DNA of 64,000 nt from Desulfuromonadales bacterium. GTDB lineage: Bacteria > Desulfobacterota > Desulfuromonadia > Desulfuromonadales > SZUA-540. Shown piece after piece: positions 1 through 9,854 of this stretch. Under the pieces are notes generated by a model that saw nothing but the letters and a program-made list of their open reading frames with translations, did not search any database and was not told the origin of the DNA. The stretch lies in assembly GCA_033549025.1 (NCBI GenBank), contig JAWSUS010000001.1:235685-299684 (forward strand), in the 5' to 3' direction. Within the stretch, counting starts at the first letter, position 1; the number at the start of each line of letters is the position of its first letter. Both the position numbers and the translations under genes were made by a program.

Positions 1-777
1 GGGCACAGCGATATCAAGACCAAGCGGGAGATCCTCCTTTCCATCACGCCGCATATCGTCCAAAATGTCGACCTGCCCAAATCCAGCGTGGCCACCATCT
101 GGTCCGGCGGCGAGGATAGTCTCAAGGCCGGCCCCATGCTCGGTTCCTTTGCCGATGAATTCGCGGCCGAAGTGGAGCAGACACCCAAGGCCGTCGTTCC
201 TGCCTCCAGACCTGCGCCCGAAACGGCGGCACCTGTACCTGAAATGACTGCGCCTGAAGCGGAGGCACCTGCACCCGAAGCTGCGCCAGATGCTCCGCCG
301 CAAGCCGTGGCAGAGGAGGTACCGACCGAGACGGTCGCGCCACAGCAGGAAGCCGTCATTCCGACGGAAAGCCAGCTGCTTCTATCAGGCCCATCCCTGG
401 TGAATGCGGGTGAAGAGTTTCCTGTCGCGGTCAAAGTGAACGACGTCACCGAACTGCATAACGCCCCGGCGGTCGTGCTCTATGACCCTGCCCTGCTGGA
501 TTTTGTGCGAATTGAAGAGGGGAACTTTCTTCGCCAGAAGGAGGCGGCAACCCGCCTGGAGGTCTCCCCTGAGCAGGAATCGGGGCAGGTGGTTATAGAC
601 TACCGGCAGGAGACCGAGGGGCAGGGAGCTTCAGGACAGGGAGAGCTTTTTCACATATATTTCAGGGCAAAAACCCCTGGGGAAACCTTCCTGCATTTGG
701 ATACCATCGGCTTCCAGAATGCCCAGGGGCAGCCTGTGGCCGTCGATCCCGCTGAATTTTTTCTGGAGGTTAAATAA
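1..777 (+). CDS. Type II secretion secretin (GspD/PulQ-like), C-terminal part with Pro/Ala/Glu linker and cohesin-like domain; 5'-truncated by window edge
   Basis: Frame open from base 1 (GHSDIKTKREILLSITPHIV = secretin C-terminal motif), then PAPE-rich linker and cohesin-like beta domain (YDPALLDFVRIEEGNFL...G-G-LFHIYFRAK); followed by two pseudopilins. Confidence 0.85.
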   Translation, partial: GHSDIKTKREILLSITPHIVQNVDLPKSSVATIWSGGEDSLKAGPMLGSFADEFAAEVEQTPKAVVPASRPAPETAAPVPEMTAPEAEAPAPEAAPDAPPQAVAEEVPTETVAPQQEAVIPTESQLLLSGPSLVNAGEEFPVAVKVNDVTELHNAPAVVLYDPALLDFVRIEEGNFLRQKEAATRLEVSPEQESGQVVIDYRQETEGQGASGQGELFHIYFRAKTPGETFLHLDTIGFQNAQGQPVAVDPAEFFLEVK

Positions 778-783
778 CCTTTG

Positions 784-1272
784 ATGGTGGTTGGACGTTT
801 GTGCAAAAATGAGCGGGGCCTGACCCTGATTGAGATGATCATCGCCGTGACCATCCTGGCGATCCTGGCGTCCGCCGTCATCCCCTTTGCCGAGGTCAAC
901 GTCAAACGCACCAAAGAACTGGAATTGCGCCGCAGTCTGCGACTGATGCGCACCGCCATCGACGACTACAAGGCCGACTATGACAAGGCCGTCGCCCAGA
1001 AGAAGATATCTGCCGTCGTCGGTGAAACAGGCTACCCGGAATCCCTGGATATCCTGCTGGAGGGCACGGACTGGGGCGGACTATATCCCTACAAGCGCAA
1101 ATATCTCCGCCGCCTCCCCCGCGATCCCTTCGATCAATATGGTGATAGCTGGGGATTAAGAGCCTACGGGGACGATCACGATTCTACGGTCTGGGGCGGA
1201 AACGATATCTATGATGTCTACTCGCAGAGTGATCTGACCGCCCTGGACGGCACCCCCTACAACACCTGGTAG
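784..1272 (+). CDS. Type II secretion pseudopilin (PulG/GspG-like)
   Basis: Prepilin motif ERG|LTLIEMII, YP.SL..L, LRRLPRDPF, C-terminal DGTPYNTW; ATG at 784 (TTG at 781 is an alternative). Confidence 0.9.
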   Translation: MVVGRLCKNERGLTLIEMIIAVTILAILASAVIPFAEVNVKRTKELELRRSLRLMRTAIDDYKADYDKAVAQKKISAVVGETGYPESLDILLEGTDWGGLYPYKRKYLRRLPRDPFDQYGDSWGLRAYGDDHDSTVWGGNDIYDVYSQSDLTALDGTPYNTW

Positions 1273-1278
1273 AGAGTT

Positions 1279-1686
1279 ATGAACCCTATTTTTCGACATC
1301 GAACGGCGGCCGGTTTCACCCTGATCGAACTGCTGATCATCATGACTATCATCGGCATTCTCTTTGCCATTGCCGTTCCGAATTACAAGCACAGCCTGAT
1401 CAAGGCCCGCGAGTCGGTGCTGATGGAAGACCTGTTCCAGATGCGCAGCGCCATCGATGCCTATTTCGCTGACAACGGCCGCTATCCCGACTCCCTTGAA
1501 AACCTCCAGGAGGGCAAATACCTGCGCACCATTCCCCGCGACCCTTTCACCCGTTCGTCGGAGACCTGGGTGACGATTCCCCCCGCCTTCTCGTCCTCCG
1601 GCGAACTGGCCGAGGGTCAGGTTTTCGATGTGCGCAGCGGCAGCGATCTCATCTCCCTCGGCGGCACGCCTTATAAAGATTGGTGA
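1279..1686 (+). CDS. oxpG: Type II secretion major pseudopilin (OxpG/GspG-like)
   Basis: AG|FTLIELLII, ARESVLMEDLFQMRSAIDAYFADNGRYPDSL, YLRTIPRDPFT; same order as the Geobacter secretin-pulG-oxpG locus. Confidence 0.8.
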   Translation: MNPIFRHRTAAGFTLIELLIIMTIIGILFAIAVPNYKHSLIKARESVLMEDLFQMRSAIDAYFADNGRYPDSLENLQEGKYLRTIPRDPFTRSSETWVTIPPAFSSSGELAEGQVFDVRSGSDLISLGGTPYKDW

Positions 1687-1739
1687 GCGCGTCCGAGAAT
1701 TTTCCTTGCCCGTCTTCCCCCGTATTCACAGGAACCTGC

Positions 1740-3221
1740 ATGCCCGACCAAAACTTTCTCAACGACAACCAACACCTCGACATTTTTAAGGATCTGATCG
1801 ACCAATCTTCAGACGCCATCTTTATCGTTCATCCTGCCAGCGGCCAGGTTCTCTACGCCAACGAGCAGGCCTGCAGCAATCTTCAGTATTCCCGCACCGA
1901 GCTCACCAGCCTGCACCTCTGGGACTACGCCGGCAACGTCACCACTCCCGAAGAGTTTGCGAACTTCCGCGATCAGATGAAAACGATCGGACAGCGCCGC
2001 TTTGAGACCTATCAGCGCACCCGCTCCGGCGAAAAAATTCCGGTGGAGATCAACGTCCGTATGATTCATTGCCAGGACGAGGACTACCTGGTCTCCTCAG
2101 TCCGGGACATCCGCCGCCGAAAAGCTTATGAAACCAGCCTGATCAACGAGCGCAACAAACTTGAAGGGGTCATCTCGGCCATCGAGGATGGCATAACGCT
2201 GGTAAGCCCCGACTTCACCGTGCTTTATCAGAATTCAAGCCACCGGGCCAAACAGGGGGATCAGGTGGGGCGCCCCTGCTACCTGGCTTACCATGGCCTC
2301 GAAACCGTCTGTGAAGGGTGCCTGGTGGCCAAAACACTGCAAGACGGCAAGAGCCACAAAAGGCAGGTCGAGGCGTTGAACGCGGAAGGCCGGCTGTATT
2401 TCGAAGTGATCTCCTGCCCAATTCGCGATGCGGCAGGAAAGATCACCTCCGTCGTGGAATCGGTGAGGGACATCACCCGGCAAAGACTGGCGGAAGAGGC
2501 CCTGCGGGAATCAGTACGGCTGCGCACCGATTTTATTTCCATCGCGGCGCATGAACTGCGCACCCCGCTGGCTGTCGTTATCGGTTACGCCGAACTGCTG
2601 GAGGCGTCGGAAGGCTCGGAAGAGTTCACGCCAGAAGAGAGGAAAGAATTTGTTGAGGAAATTCTGGCCAAGTCCAGTGCCCTCAACAAAATCATTGATG
2701 AGCTGCTGGATCTCAGTCGCATTGAAAGAGGCCAGAAGCTCACCATTGACCTCTCTCCGATCAATATGCTGGAGCTACTGCAGAAAATCTGGCGTTCCTA
2801 TATCAATCTTTTTCCAAGGTACCGTTTTGATGTCAGCATAGCTGAGGGCATGCCCCCCACCTTCGAGATCGATGCGACCCGGTTTAGACAGGCACTGGAA
2901 AATATTCTCAACAACGCCATTAAATATTCCAGCCCCGGTTCGTTCATTCACCTCAGCGCCGAGGAAGTTCCTGACGGCTTAAAGCTTACGGTCCGCGATG
3001 AAGGCATCGGCATGACGGAGGATGAGGTGGAGCGGATCTTTGAACCATTCTACCGGGCCAGGCCCGACGATCCGACCGTCCGCGGTCTGGGCCTGGGCAT
3101 GAGCCTGGTCAAGCACATCATCGATGCGCATCACGGCCAAATCAACATCAAGAGCGTCCCCCTCGAAGGAACGACCGTTACCCTCTTTCTGCCCCGGTCG
3201 CCCTTCACCCCCGCCGACTGA
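1740..3221 (+). CDS. Cytoplasmic PAS-PAS sensor histidine kinase
   Basis: Two PAS/PAC domains, H-box AAHELRTPL, N-box NILNNAIKYS, G1 DEGIGM, G2 GLGLGM; no TM segments; ATG at 1740 preferred. Confidence 0.93.
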   Translation: MPDQNFLNDNQHLDIFKDLIDQSSDAIFIVHPASGQVLYANEQACSNLQYSRTELTSLHLWDYAGNVTTPEEFANFRDQMKTIGQRRFETYQRTRSGEKIPVEINVRMIHCQDEDYLVSSVRDIRRRKAYETSLINERNKLEGVISAIEDGITLVSPDFTVLYQNSSHRAKQGDQVGRPCYLAYHGLETVCEGCLVAKTLQDGKSHKRQVEALNAEGRLYFEVISCPIRDAAGKITSVVESVRDITRQRLAEEALRESVRLRTDFISIAAHELRTPLAVVIGYAELLEASEGSEEFTPEERKEFVEEILAKSSALNKIIDELLDLSRIERGQKLTIDLSPINMLELLQKIWRSYINLFPRYRFDVSIAEGMPPTFEIDATRFRQALENILNNAIKYSSPGSFIHLSAEEVPDGLKLTVRDEGIGMTEDEVERIFEPFYRARPDDPTVRGLGLGMSLVKHIIDAHHGQINIKSVPLEGTTVTLFLPRSPFTPAD

Positions 3222-3254
3222 TTCCGGGGTCATGCCCGGGAGCCGGAAGAAGAA

Positions 3255-5693
3255 TCAGGCAAGGGTCAGAATCTGATCGGTCACCTCGGTAAACGCCACA
3301 TCGTGACTGATCAAAAAGAGCTGATCGTACCAGTGCTCCGTCACTTCTTCCTGGCCGACGTCGATGGCCCTGAAAGCCTGGGCCAGATTTTCCCGGCGAG
3401 TCGCGTCAAGGTTGGAAGTCGGTTCGTCAAAAAAGGCTAGACGGGCGCCGATAGTCTGCAGCATGGCCAGCCGCAAGGCCACCACGGCGCTCATGGTCTG
3501 GCCGCCGGAGAGCTGATCATCGGCCCGTTCGCGTAGTTGACCTTCAACCAGGTCGCGCAGCACAATCTGGTAATTCTCGCCCCAGGCCAGTTCCTCATCG
3601 GCTTCCGCGATGATCCGGTAGATGCGGTTGGCCCGCTGGCTGATTTCTTCGCGGAAGCGTTCGGACAGATACCCCGATACATGGCGAAACACCCGGTTGC
3701 GCAGAAACTTGACCAGCTCCTCCTTCTCCCGGTACACCCTGATCTGCTCCTGTTTGGCGGCGATATCCTTTTCGATCTGTCTGAGCTTGTCAACCTCGGC
3801 CTTCAGGCGGGCACCGTCGGCAGCCAACCCTTTAACCTGTTGCCCGAGCGCGTTGACTCCCCCCAAAAGCGCGTCTCTCTGTTTGCGAAGCGCCTCATGG
3901 GCGGCGGCGCCATATTCCTTACCCGCCTGGCTGTGGGCTGTTTCCCTGGCCGTCAAGGTCTCCCGCAATTGGCCTAGAAGGTTTTCGAACTTTTCTAGTT
4001 CGGCACGACGCCCGACCAGTTCGGCGGCCTGCTGCTGGTTGGCGACATAAAGGTCACGGGCCGGCTGGTGTTTAGCTTTCTCCTTTTCGGTGGCCTCAAT
4101 GTCGGCCTGCAAGCCGCGATACCCCTCCAAAACTTTCTGTTTTTCATCCAGTTGATGCTGAGCTAAGCGCTGTTCCTTTTGCAGTTGGGCCAAGCCTTCG
4201 GCCCGGCGCTCATTGGCCTCACGCCGCAAGACAAGGCTGGCAAGCTGCTCGTCTACGCCCTGGAGTCTGACAGTAACGGATTTGATCTCATCGCTGGCCC
4301 GGCTTGCCGCTTTCTCTTCCTGCTCGGACAGCTGAATTTCATGCAGAAGTCGCTGGCGCTCTTTATCCAGCTCAGAAAATCGGACCGAGAAGACATCCTC
4401 CGCCGGCTTTTCGGACAGATTGAGACAGGGCTCCTGGAAAAAAGGGCAGATACCCTCGGCGAGTTTTTCGCTCCCCTCCGCCAGAGCGCCCCGACGCCCA
4501 TCGAGCTGCCCGAGTTGTTGACGCAAACCTTCAAGACGCTGGCGAATTTCCGGCAGGCGCGCCGCCAAAGCCTGCTGTTTCTCATCCAGCGCCAAAGCCT
4601 TACGACTTTCGGCCAGACTCTTTTCTTCGGCAGCTAGGTCCTGCCGGGCTTTTTCGATGGATTGAGACTCGACGGTGTGGCGCTCCCCCAAAACGCTAAC
4701 CCGGGTTCTAAGCTCGGCAGCTTCCTGTTCAAGCCGCCGCTGCGCCTTGACCTGCTCCCGCAGGGCGCTCAAACGGGCCTCGGCCTCTTCGAAAGCCTTC
4801 TTGCCCGGGGCGGTCTCCTCGATAATTTTGCCGGCCTTTACCGCTTCATCGACCAGCAGTTTCTGTTTGCCGATCATTTCATTGCCGTTACCGATCCGCA
4901 CGTTGAGACTGTCGATCTCCTTTTCAAGCTCCTTGAGCTCCTTTTCGCGTTGATCGGCACCAAGCAGTTGCGTTTCCAGCTCCTTGAGCCCTTGCTGCTG
5001 AGCGGCAAGATCAGCCTCGGCCTGCGCAAGTGCTTTTACGGCGGCCTGGGATTCGGCTTTCTTCACAGGCAGCTCGAGGACCTGACTCTGCAAGGGGCCA
5101 ATGGCGCTTTCGAGCGCATCCACCTTCGCCTTGATGGCAGCGGTCAGCACCTTGGTCTCGTTGAACGTCTTGCGCCAGGCATCAATCCCGAGGATTTCAT
5201 CGAACTTGTCACGACGTCTGGCCGGCTGTTTGATGACGAAAGGCCCGAGGAATTCGTGCTGAAAGGGGCCGATTACCAGCTCGAACTGTTCGGCCAGAGA
5301 ACGCCCGCCACTGAGCCCGAGCAGTTCTTTGAGGCGCGCCTCGGTCTCCTTGGCGTCCTTATGCTCCTCGACCTCGAAGGTGCCGCCGACCTCCTTGGCC
5401 AGCAGCCATTTAGAAGGAGTTCCCACGGTTCGACTGACCCGATACCGTTCATCACCGGCCCCTTGAAAGACCACCGCAATCTCGCCCCGTTTGGCGCCGA
5501 TGGTGACAAACCGGTCGATATTGCCGACAAAACTCTGAGCGTCAACCCCGAACAGCGCATAACCGATCGCCTCGAAGATGGTGCTTTTGCCGACTCCGTT
5601 GGGGCCGGAGAGGACGTTGATCCCCGGCGAAAAGGCCAGCTCGGTATCGCGATGCGATTTGATGTTTTTGAGATGGATGGAAAGAATCTGCAC
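3255..5693 (-). CDS. sbcC: SbcC/Rad50-like SMC ATPase
   Basis: Walker A GPNGVGKST, long coiled coil, signature LSGGQ, Walker B/D-loop FFDEPTSNLD, H-loop ISHD; downstream of sbcD. Confidence 0.92.
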   Translation of the reverse strand: MQILSIHLKNIKSHRDTELAFSPGINVLSGPNGVGKSTIFEAIGYALFGVDAQSFVGNIDRFVTIGAKRGEIAVVFQGAGDERYRVSRTVGTPSKWLLAKEVGGTFEVEEHKDAKETEARLKELLGLSGGRSLAEQFELVIGPFQHEFLGPFVIKQPARRRDKFDEILGIDAWRKTFNETKVLTAAIKAKVDALESAIGPLQSQVLELPVKKAESQAAVKALAQAEADLAAQQQGLKELETQLLGADQREKELKELEKEIDSLNVRIGNGNEMIGKQKLLVDEAVKAGKIIEETAPGKKAFEEAEARLSALREQVKAQRRLEQEAAELRTRVSVLGERHTVESQSIEKARQDLAAEEKSLAESRKALALDEKQQALAARLPEIRQRLEGLRQQLGQLDGRRGALAEGSEKLAEGICPFFQEPCLNLSEKPAEDVFSVRFSELDKERQRLLHEIQLSEQEEKAASRASDEIKSVTVRLQGVDEQLASLVLRREANERRAEGLAQLQKEQRLAQHQLDEKQKVLEGYRGLQADIEATEKEKAKHQPARDLYVANQQQAAELVGRRAELEKFENLLGQLRETLTARETAHSQAGKEYGAAAHEALRKQRDALLGGVNALGQQVKGLAADGARLKAEVDKLRQIEKDIAAKQEQIRVYREKEELVKFLRNRVFRHVSGYLSERFREEISQRANRIYRIIAEADEELAWGENYQIVLRDLVEGQLRERADDQLSGGQTMSAVVALRLAMLQTIGARLAFFDEPTSNLDATRRENLAQAFRAIDVGQEEVTEHWYDQLFLISHDVAFTEVTDQILTLA

Positions 5694-5720
5694 AGGCCAA
5701 CCCTTTTCGTATCTTAAGAA

Positions 5721-6956
5721 TCAATCCAGCAATGCCAGCAACTCGCCGCCATCGACATCACCCTTTTTCACGGCCTCACGCAGGCGGACTGCGAGCTGGA
5801 CGAGTTCCTCCTCGCGTCCCTGATAATCGCTGCCGGACAGGATCAGATCGTGCAGAACTTCCAGCTCGATCTCTTCCAGGCTCTTTTTAGTCGCCCCCGC
5901 CTCCCCGGTACTGCTGACCAGGGAGAGATGGTTCTTGATCTCGACATGCAAGGGTTCAAACAGTTCTGCCAGGGTCAGTTTCAGTCGCTCGCGGCCGAGC
6001 TCAAAGGGATGGAAGCCGACGCGGCCGACCAGCTTCAATTCGAGCAGCGGCGGGCGCTTATCGCCGGCGGGTTCTATCCTGGCTGCCACCTGGTCGCGAA
6101 ACAGCGCGAGCGCCTGGTCAGCGTTCTCGGCCCCCTGCAGATCAATCGTCTCGACAAACATGGGACGCGGCGAGGTGTTCCGGAATTCGGGGGTAAACAC
6201 GCCATTTTCGAAGGTGACGACATAGTACCCCTTGTCGTACTTCTCCTCCCCAAAGTTAACCCGCTCCGGCGAACCGGGATTAAAGGCATAGGCCTTCCCC
6301 GCCGGCGTTTCAATGACATAGGGCTTGTGGCCGTGGCCAAGAGCGACATAACCGAATCGCTCTGCCAGCGGGTGGGCTTCCTGCAGCTTCATGTTGCCAA
6401 TTTCGACGGGCGAATATTTCCAGATGCCGACGTGAAAGAGCAGCAGGTTATGTTCCGTGTCAATGGCCTCAACGATACGGTTAACGTGGGCGCCCGCCTG
6501 CGCGCCGATATATCCCAAGCCATAGAGATTGACCTCACCGATGCGCAGATGTCCCCCCATGCCCGCATCCTCATCAAAGGGATCAAAGCGGTAGTCGCCT
6601 TCGCCGGTCCGCGAGGGGCGCAGCAGCCGCAGATACCCCATGTGCGACAGGGCTTCCATCCACGAGATGTTATCGCGGCGGTGAATCCAGTCGTGATTCC
6701 CCTCGATAGCCACACAGGGGATGCCGGCATCCTTGAGGGGCTGCAGCGTCTCGATGGTTTTGGCAAAGGTGCGTGGCAGGATCTGGCCGACGTGAAAAAG
6801 GTCCCCGGCAATGAGCACGGCATCGACTCGTTCGTGGACGGCATCGCGAACGATGGTCGCCAGAGTGGCGAAGAAGTCGTCATAGCGCTCCTTCTCGCCA
6901 TCGGAGCCTCGGTAGGTTTTTCCTAAATGGATATCCGCCGTATGGATGAAACGCAT
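5721..6956 (-). CDS. sbcD: SbcD/Mre11-like DNA repair nuclease
   Basis: Metallophosphoesterase motifs HTADIHLG, AGDLFH, GNHD, ALGHGH, NPGSPE. Confidence 0.92.
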   Translation of the reverse strand: MRFIHTADIHLGKTYRGSDGEKERYDDFFATLATIVRDAVHERVDAVLIAGDLFHVGQILPRTFAKTIETLQPLKDAGIPCVAIEGNHDWIHRRDNISWMEALSHMGYLRLLRPSRTGEGDYRFDPFDEDAGMGGHLRIGEVNLYGLGYIGAQAGAHVNRIVEAIDTEHNLLLFHVGIWKYSPVEIGNMKLQEAHPLAERFGYVALGHGHKPYVIETPAGKAYAFNPGSPERVNFGEEKYDKGYYVVTFENGVFTPEFRNTSPRPMFVETIDLQGAENADQALALFRDQVAARIEPAGDKRPPLLELKLVGRVGFHPFELGRERLKLTLAELFEPLHVEIKNHLSLVSSTGEAGATKKSLEEIELEVLHDLILSGSDYQGREEELVQLAVRLREAVKKGDVDGGELLALLD

Positions 6957-7008
6957 AATCAATCCAGTCCTTGAAGACTAAAAGAGGCAGCCGGGCACAG
7001 CGTGGCCC

Positions 7009-8697
7009 TCACTTTGGGAAGAGCTTGCCGAAGGCCTCTTCCTGGGCGGGGGTGCCGATAAGAATTAACGCATCGTCTTTTCGCAGCACGGTTTCCGGCG
7101 AGGGCACAACAACAGGGTCGGCCATACCGGAAACTTCGAGGGCCACAATGGAACAGCCGGTCCTTTCCCTTAGGTGGGAGGCGGCAATGGATTTCCCCAC
7201 CAACGCGGCTGGCAGAGGGCGACGAAAGATATTGATTCCTTCGGTGAGAAACACCGATGTCTTGGATTCGATGATATTCAGCAGAATGCTCCCCCCCACC
7301 GAGGCGCTGGACACGACGAAATCGGCGCCCGCCGCATAGAACTGGGCGACGTTTTCATCGGCAGTGGCCCGTGCCACGATGCGGATGTGGGAATGGGCGT
7401 GCCGGCTGGCCAGGGTGAGAAAGAGATTGGTGTTGTCATCGTTCGTGGTGACAATAAGCCCACGAGCCTTATCAATACCGCTCTTCATCAAAAAATGACG
7501 GACCGTGGCATCGCCATAAATGGGGACGTGCTCTTCGCAGTAGGGGTTTTCCTGGCGGTCGACCAGGATGAACGGTACCGGCTTGCGATCAAGGAAACTG
7601 GCGGCGGCACAACCGACGCGGCCGTGCCCAAGAATAAAGATCAGATCATCATTCGCCTGCTCACCCGTCAACTGTTCAAGGGATTCCAGCTGCTCCCGGG
7701 TTCCCGCCAACACCATCAGGGCGTCATCCTGCAATAGGGTATCGGCGGCGGGAAGGGTCAGATTCCCCCGCTCCCACAGGCCGATCACGGCCAGCCCGGT
7801 CTGTTGACGGATCAGGGAGTCTGCCAGAGACAGTCCGGAAAATGGCGTGCCATGCACGGGGATTTCCGCAATGACGAGCTTGCCGAAGCTGTCGATGACG
7901 TGGGCCATGGCCCCCTTGGTCGTGGCCCGCGTGGCCAAGTAGTTCCCCAGAATTTTGTGCAGGGGGATAACCTGATTGGCCCCGGCCAGGCGCAGCAGAT
8001 CGCCATGCTCCGCCTCGGACACCAAGGCGACAATAGGCGTTTCGCAAAGGGAGCGAGCCGTCAGACACAGGTTGACGTTTTCGGGGTCGCTGAGGTTGGC
8101 AATGATATACCGCGCCTCGGCAACCCTTAGACCTTGAAGCACTTCAGGGTCGGTCGGTGAACCGACCACCACCTTGACACCGTTGTCCTCAAGGTTTATT
8201 GCTTCGGTGGCATCTTCGGTCACCACCACGAAAGGGATCTGGCGGGTTTTAAGTCTTCGAATCAGGTTGCGGGTGACGGAATCGACGCCAAAGATCAGGA
8301 CATGCCCTGAGGTCTCCGGCGGCAGATCAACATCCGGTCGGTGGCTCAGGCGGTACTCGATCCAGGGGGCCAGAAACAAGCTGACCAGAGTAAAAGGGAG
8401 GATGATCAGCAGAAAAACCACCCCCGAGACCGTCACCACCGCAGCAAAAATATAGCCGGGGTCGCTGTGAAAGGTAATGTCCCCGAACCCCAGGGTCGTC
8501 ATCACCGTAATGGACCAGTAAATCCCGGCAATCAGCGAAAACTCACGCCCTTCCAGATGCCACATGAGATAGCGGAAGAGAACCGCATACAGCAGGATCA
8601 TGCCGGCCAGAAAAATACAGTAATAGGTCAGGTACTTAAGGTTCTTGACCACTCTGCCGCGGAGAAAATAGGCGAGTTCCGACGCGATTGTTTTCAT
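7009..8697 (-). CDS. Potassium channel with two RCK (TrkA-N/TrkA-C) modules
   Basis: 2TM pore with selectivity filter TMTTLGFGD, then TrkA-N/TrkA-C twice (GHGRVG in the second). Confidence 0.9.
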   Translation of the reverse strand: MKTIASELAYFLRGRVVKNLKYLTYYCIFLAGMILLYAVLFRYLMWHLEGREFSLIAGIYWSITVMTTLGFGDITFHSDPGYIFAAVVTVSGVVFLLIILPFTLVSLFLAPWIEYRLSHRPDVDLPPETSGHVLIFGVDSVTRNLIRRLKTRQIPFVVVTEDATEAINLEDNGVKVVVGSPTDPEVLQGLRVAEARYIIANLSDPENVNLCLTARSLCETPIVALVSEAEHGDLLRLAGANQVIPLHKILGNYLATRATTKGAMAHVIDSFGKLVIAEIPVHGTPFSGLSLADSLIRQQTGLAVIGLWERGNLTLPAADTLLQDDALMVLAGTREQLESLEQLTGEQANDDLIFILGHGRVGCAAASFLDRKPVPFILVDRQENPYCEEHVPIYGDATVRHFLMKSGIDKARGLIVTTNDDNTNLFLTLASRHAHSHIRIVARATADENVAQFYAAGADFVVSSASVGGSILLNIIESKTSVFLTEGINIFRRPLPAALVGKSIAASHLRERTGCSIVALEVSGMADPVVVPSPETVLRKDDALILIGTPAQEEAFGKLFPK

Positions 8698-8784
8698 TGC
8701 ACCTCACCGGCATCGCAAAAAGATTATCTTTTAAATTGCACACTTTTATAGCAAATCCCACTCATCGGCGCAAACAAAGGGAAC

Positions 8785-8832
8785 AAAAAAACCAAAAAGA
8801 CAAACCCCGCAGCTAAAAATGCGGGGTTTGTC
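8785..8832 (-). terminator. Rho-independent terminator of the DUF3597-DUF937-GlsB islet
   Basis: Perfect 13-bp stem GACAAACCCCGCA/TGCGGGGTTTGTC (8799-8832) followed on the minus strand by T-runs. Confidence 0.7.
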
Positions 8833-8929
8833 AATAATCTGGACCCTACCTGGGAGTTAAGGCATGGTTTTTGTTCTAAACGCCATTGCTGATAAAATCG
8901 TATACGAACCGGCCGCAGTGCAGTCGGTG

Positions 8930-9184
8930 TTACCTCTTCCGAAAGATGCCAAGCTTGCCCAGGACGAAGATGAGCAGCGCCGCGCCAGAGAGTGCAACCA
9001 CGAAGCGCAGAATGCCGCCTGTGGGCGCCATCCCCAGTTGTCCGGCGAGCCAGAAGCCCAACATCGAGCCCAACACGCCTACCAGAACATTGGCGATCCA
9101 GCCCATTTGCGCATTGGTCTTCATGAGGATGCTCGCCAGCCAACCGACAATTCCGCCAATAATCAAAGTGATGATCCAACTCAT
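8930..9184 (-). CDS. GlsB/YeaQ/YmgE family (transglycosylase-associated) small membrane protein
   Basis: 84 aa, IIGGIVGWLAS..M..G..ANVLVGVLGS, GAALL pattern. Confidence 0.9.
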   Translation of the reverse strand: MSWIITLIIGGIVGWLASILMKTNAQMGWIANVLVGVLGSMLGFWLAGQLGMAPTGGILRFVVALSGAALLIFVLGKLGIFRKR

Positions 9185-9238
9185 GTCTGTCCCCCCCGGA
9201 ATGTGCAGAAATTTCCCTCGGCGCTCGTGCCGACACGA

Positions 9239-9820
9239 CTAACGCATCGACTTTCCAACCATCCTCATGATGTCATCCAGCGGATTGCCGTCGCCGTTCA
9301 GATCAAGCATCGAGGCGAGCCCCGAGGTTGGGGATTTTTGACCGCCCAACAAGCCTCCCAACAGACCGCCGAGCCCACCACTCTCCGAGGAGCGCTGCGG
9401 TTCGATGGCGCTGACCCCGGGTTGCTTCGCCATGTAACCCGTAACCAGCATCGCCAGCATCGGCAACATTTTCTTAAGAAGGGACGGTTCGAGCCCTGTC
9501 TGCGAAGCGGCATTCTGCGCAACCGCACGGCTGACATCCTTGGAGCCGAAGATCTGTCCAAGAACGTCATTGCCGCCTCTCACGTCCGTCGGTTGCGACC
9601 CCAGCACCTGGTCAAGCAAGCCCCCACCGCCGAGTTTTCCGAGCAGTCCGCTGAGACCGTCGACGCCCCCGGGCTGAGACTGCGCCTGCTTTTTGAATCC
9701 GCCGAGAATCGCAGGGACGAGGGCCTCGGCCCCACTCGCAGCCTGGGTCTCGCTAATGCCCAATTCACGAGCCATGGACTGGAGTCCTCCCATCTGCGCA
9801 AGAAGGTCAGTGATCTGCAT
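9239..9820 (-). CDS. DUF937 family protein
   Basis: Gly-rich helical repeats, GNDVLGQIFGSK, C-terminal MLDLNGDGNPLDDI; RBS AAGGAG. Confidence 0.8.
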   Translation of the reverse strand: MQITDLLAQMGGLQSMARELGISETQAASGAEALVPAILGGFKKQAQSQPGGVDGLSGLLGKLGGGGLLDQVLGSQPTDVRGGNDVLGQIFGSKDVSRAVAQNAASQTGLEPSLLKKMLPMLAMLVTGYMAKQPGVSAIEPQRSSESGGLGGLLGGLLGGQKSPTSGLASMLDLNGDGNPLDDIMRMVGKSMR

Positions 9821-9854
9821 GTGTCTGCTCCTTTAATTGTGTTGCTTCACCGAC

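Noticed and set aside
226..300. Short GC-rich near-repeats
   Set aside because: Encode the Pro/Ala/Glu linker of the secretin; not a CRISPR or independent repeat element
3255..6956. SMC ATPase + nuclease as a novel anti-phage/anti-plasmid system
   Set aside because: Motifs and sbcD-sbcC order fit ordinary SbcCD; no kleisin/KITE, helicase or other defence genes adjacent
8838..8870. Possible attL/attR copy of the tRNA-Leu 3' end, or integron GTTRRRY core
   Set aside because: Only faint similarity to TGGTGCCCGGGACGGGA; no matching inverse core, cassette array or integrase
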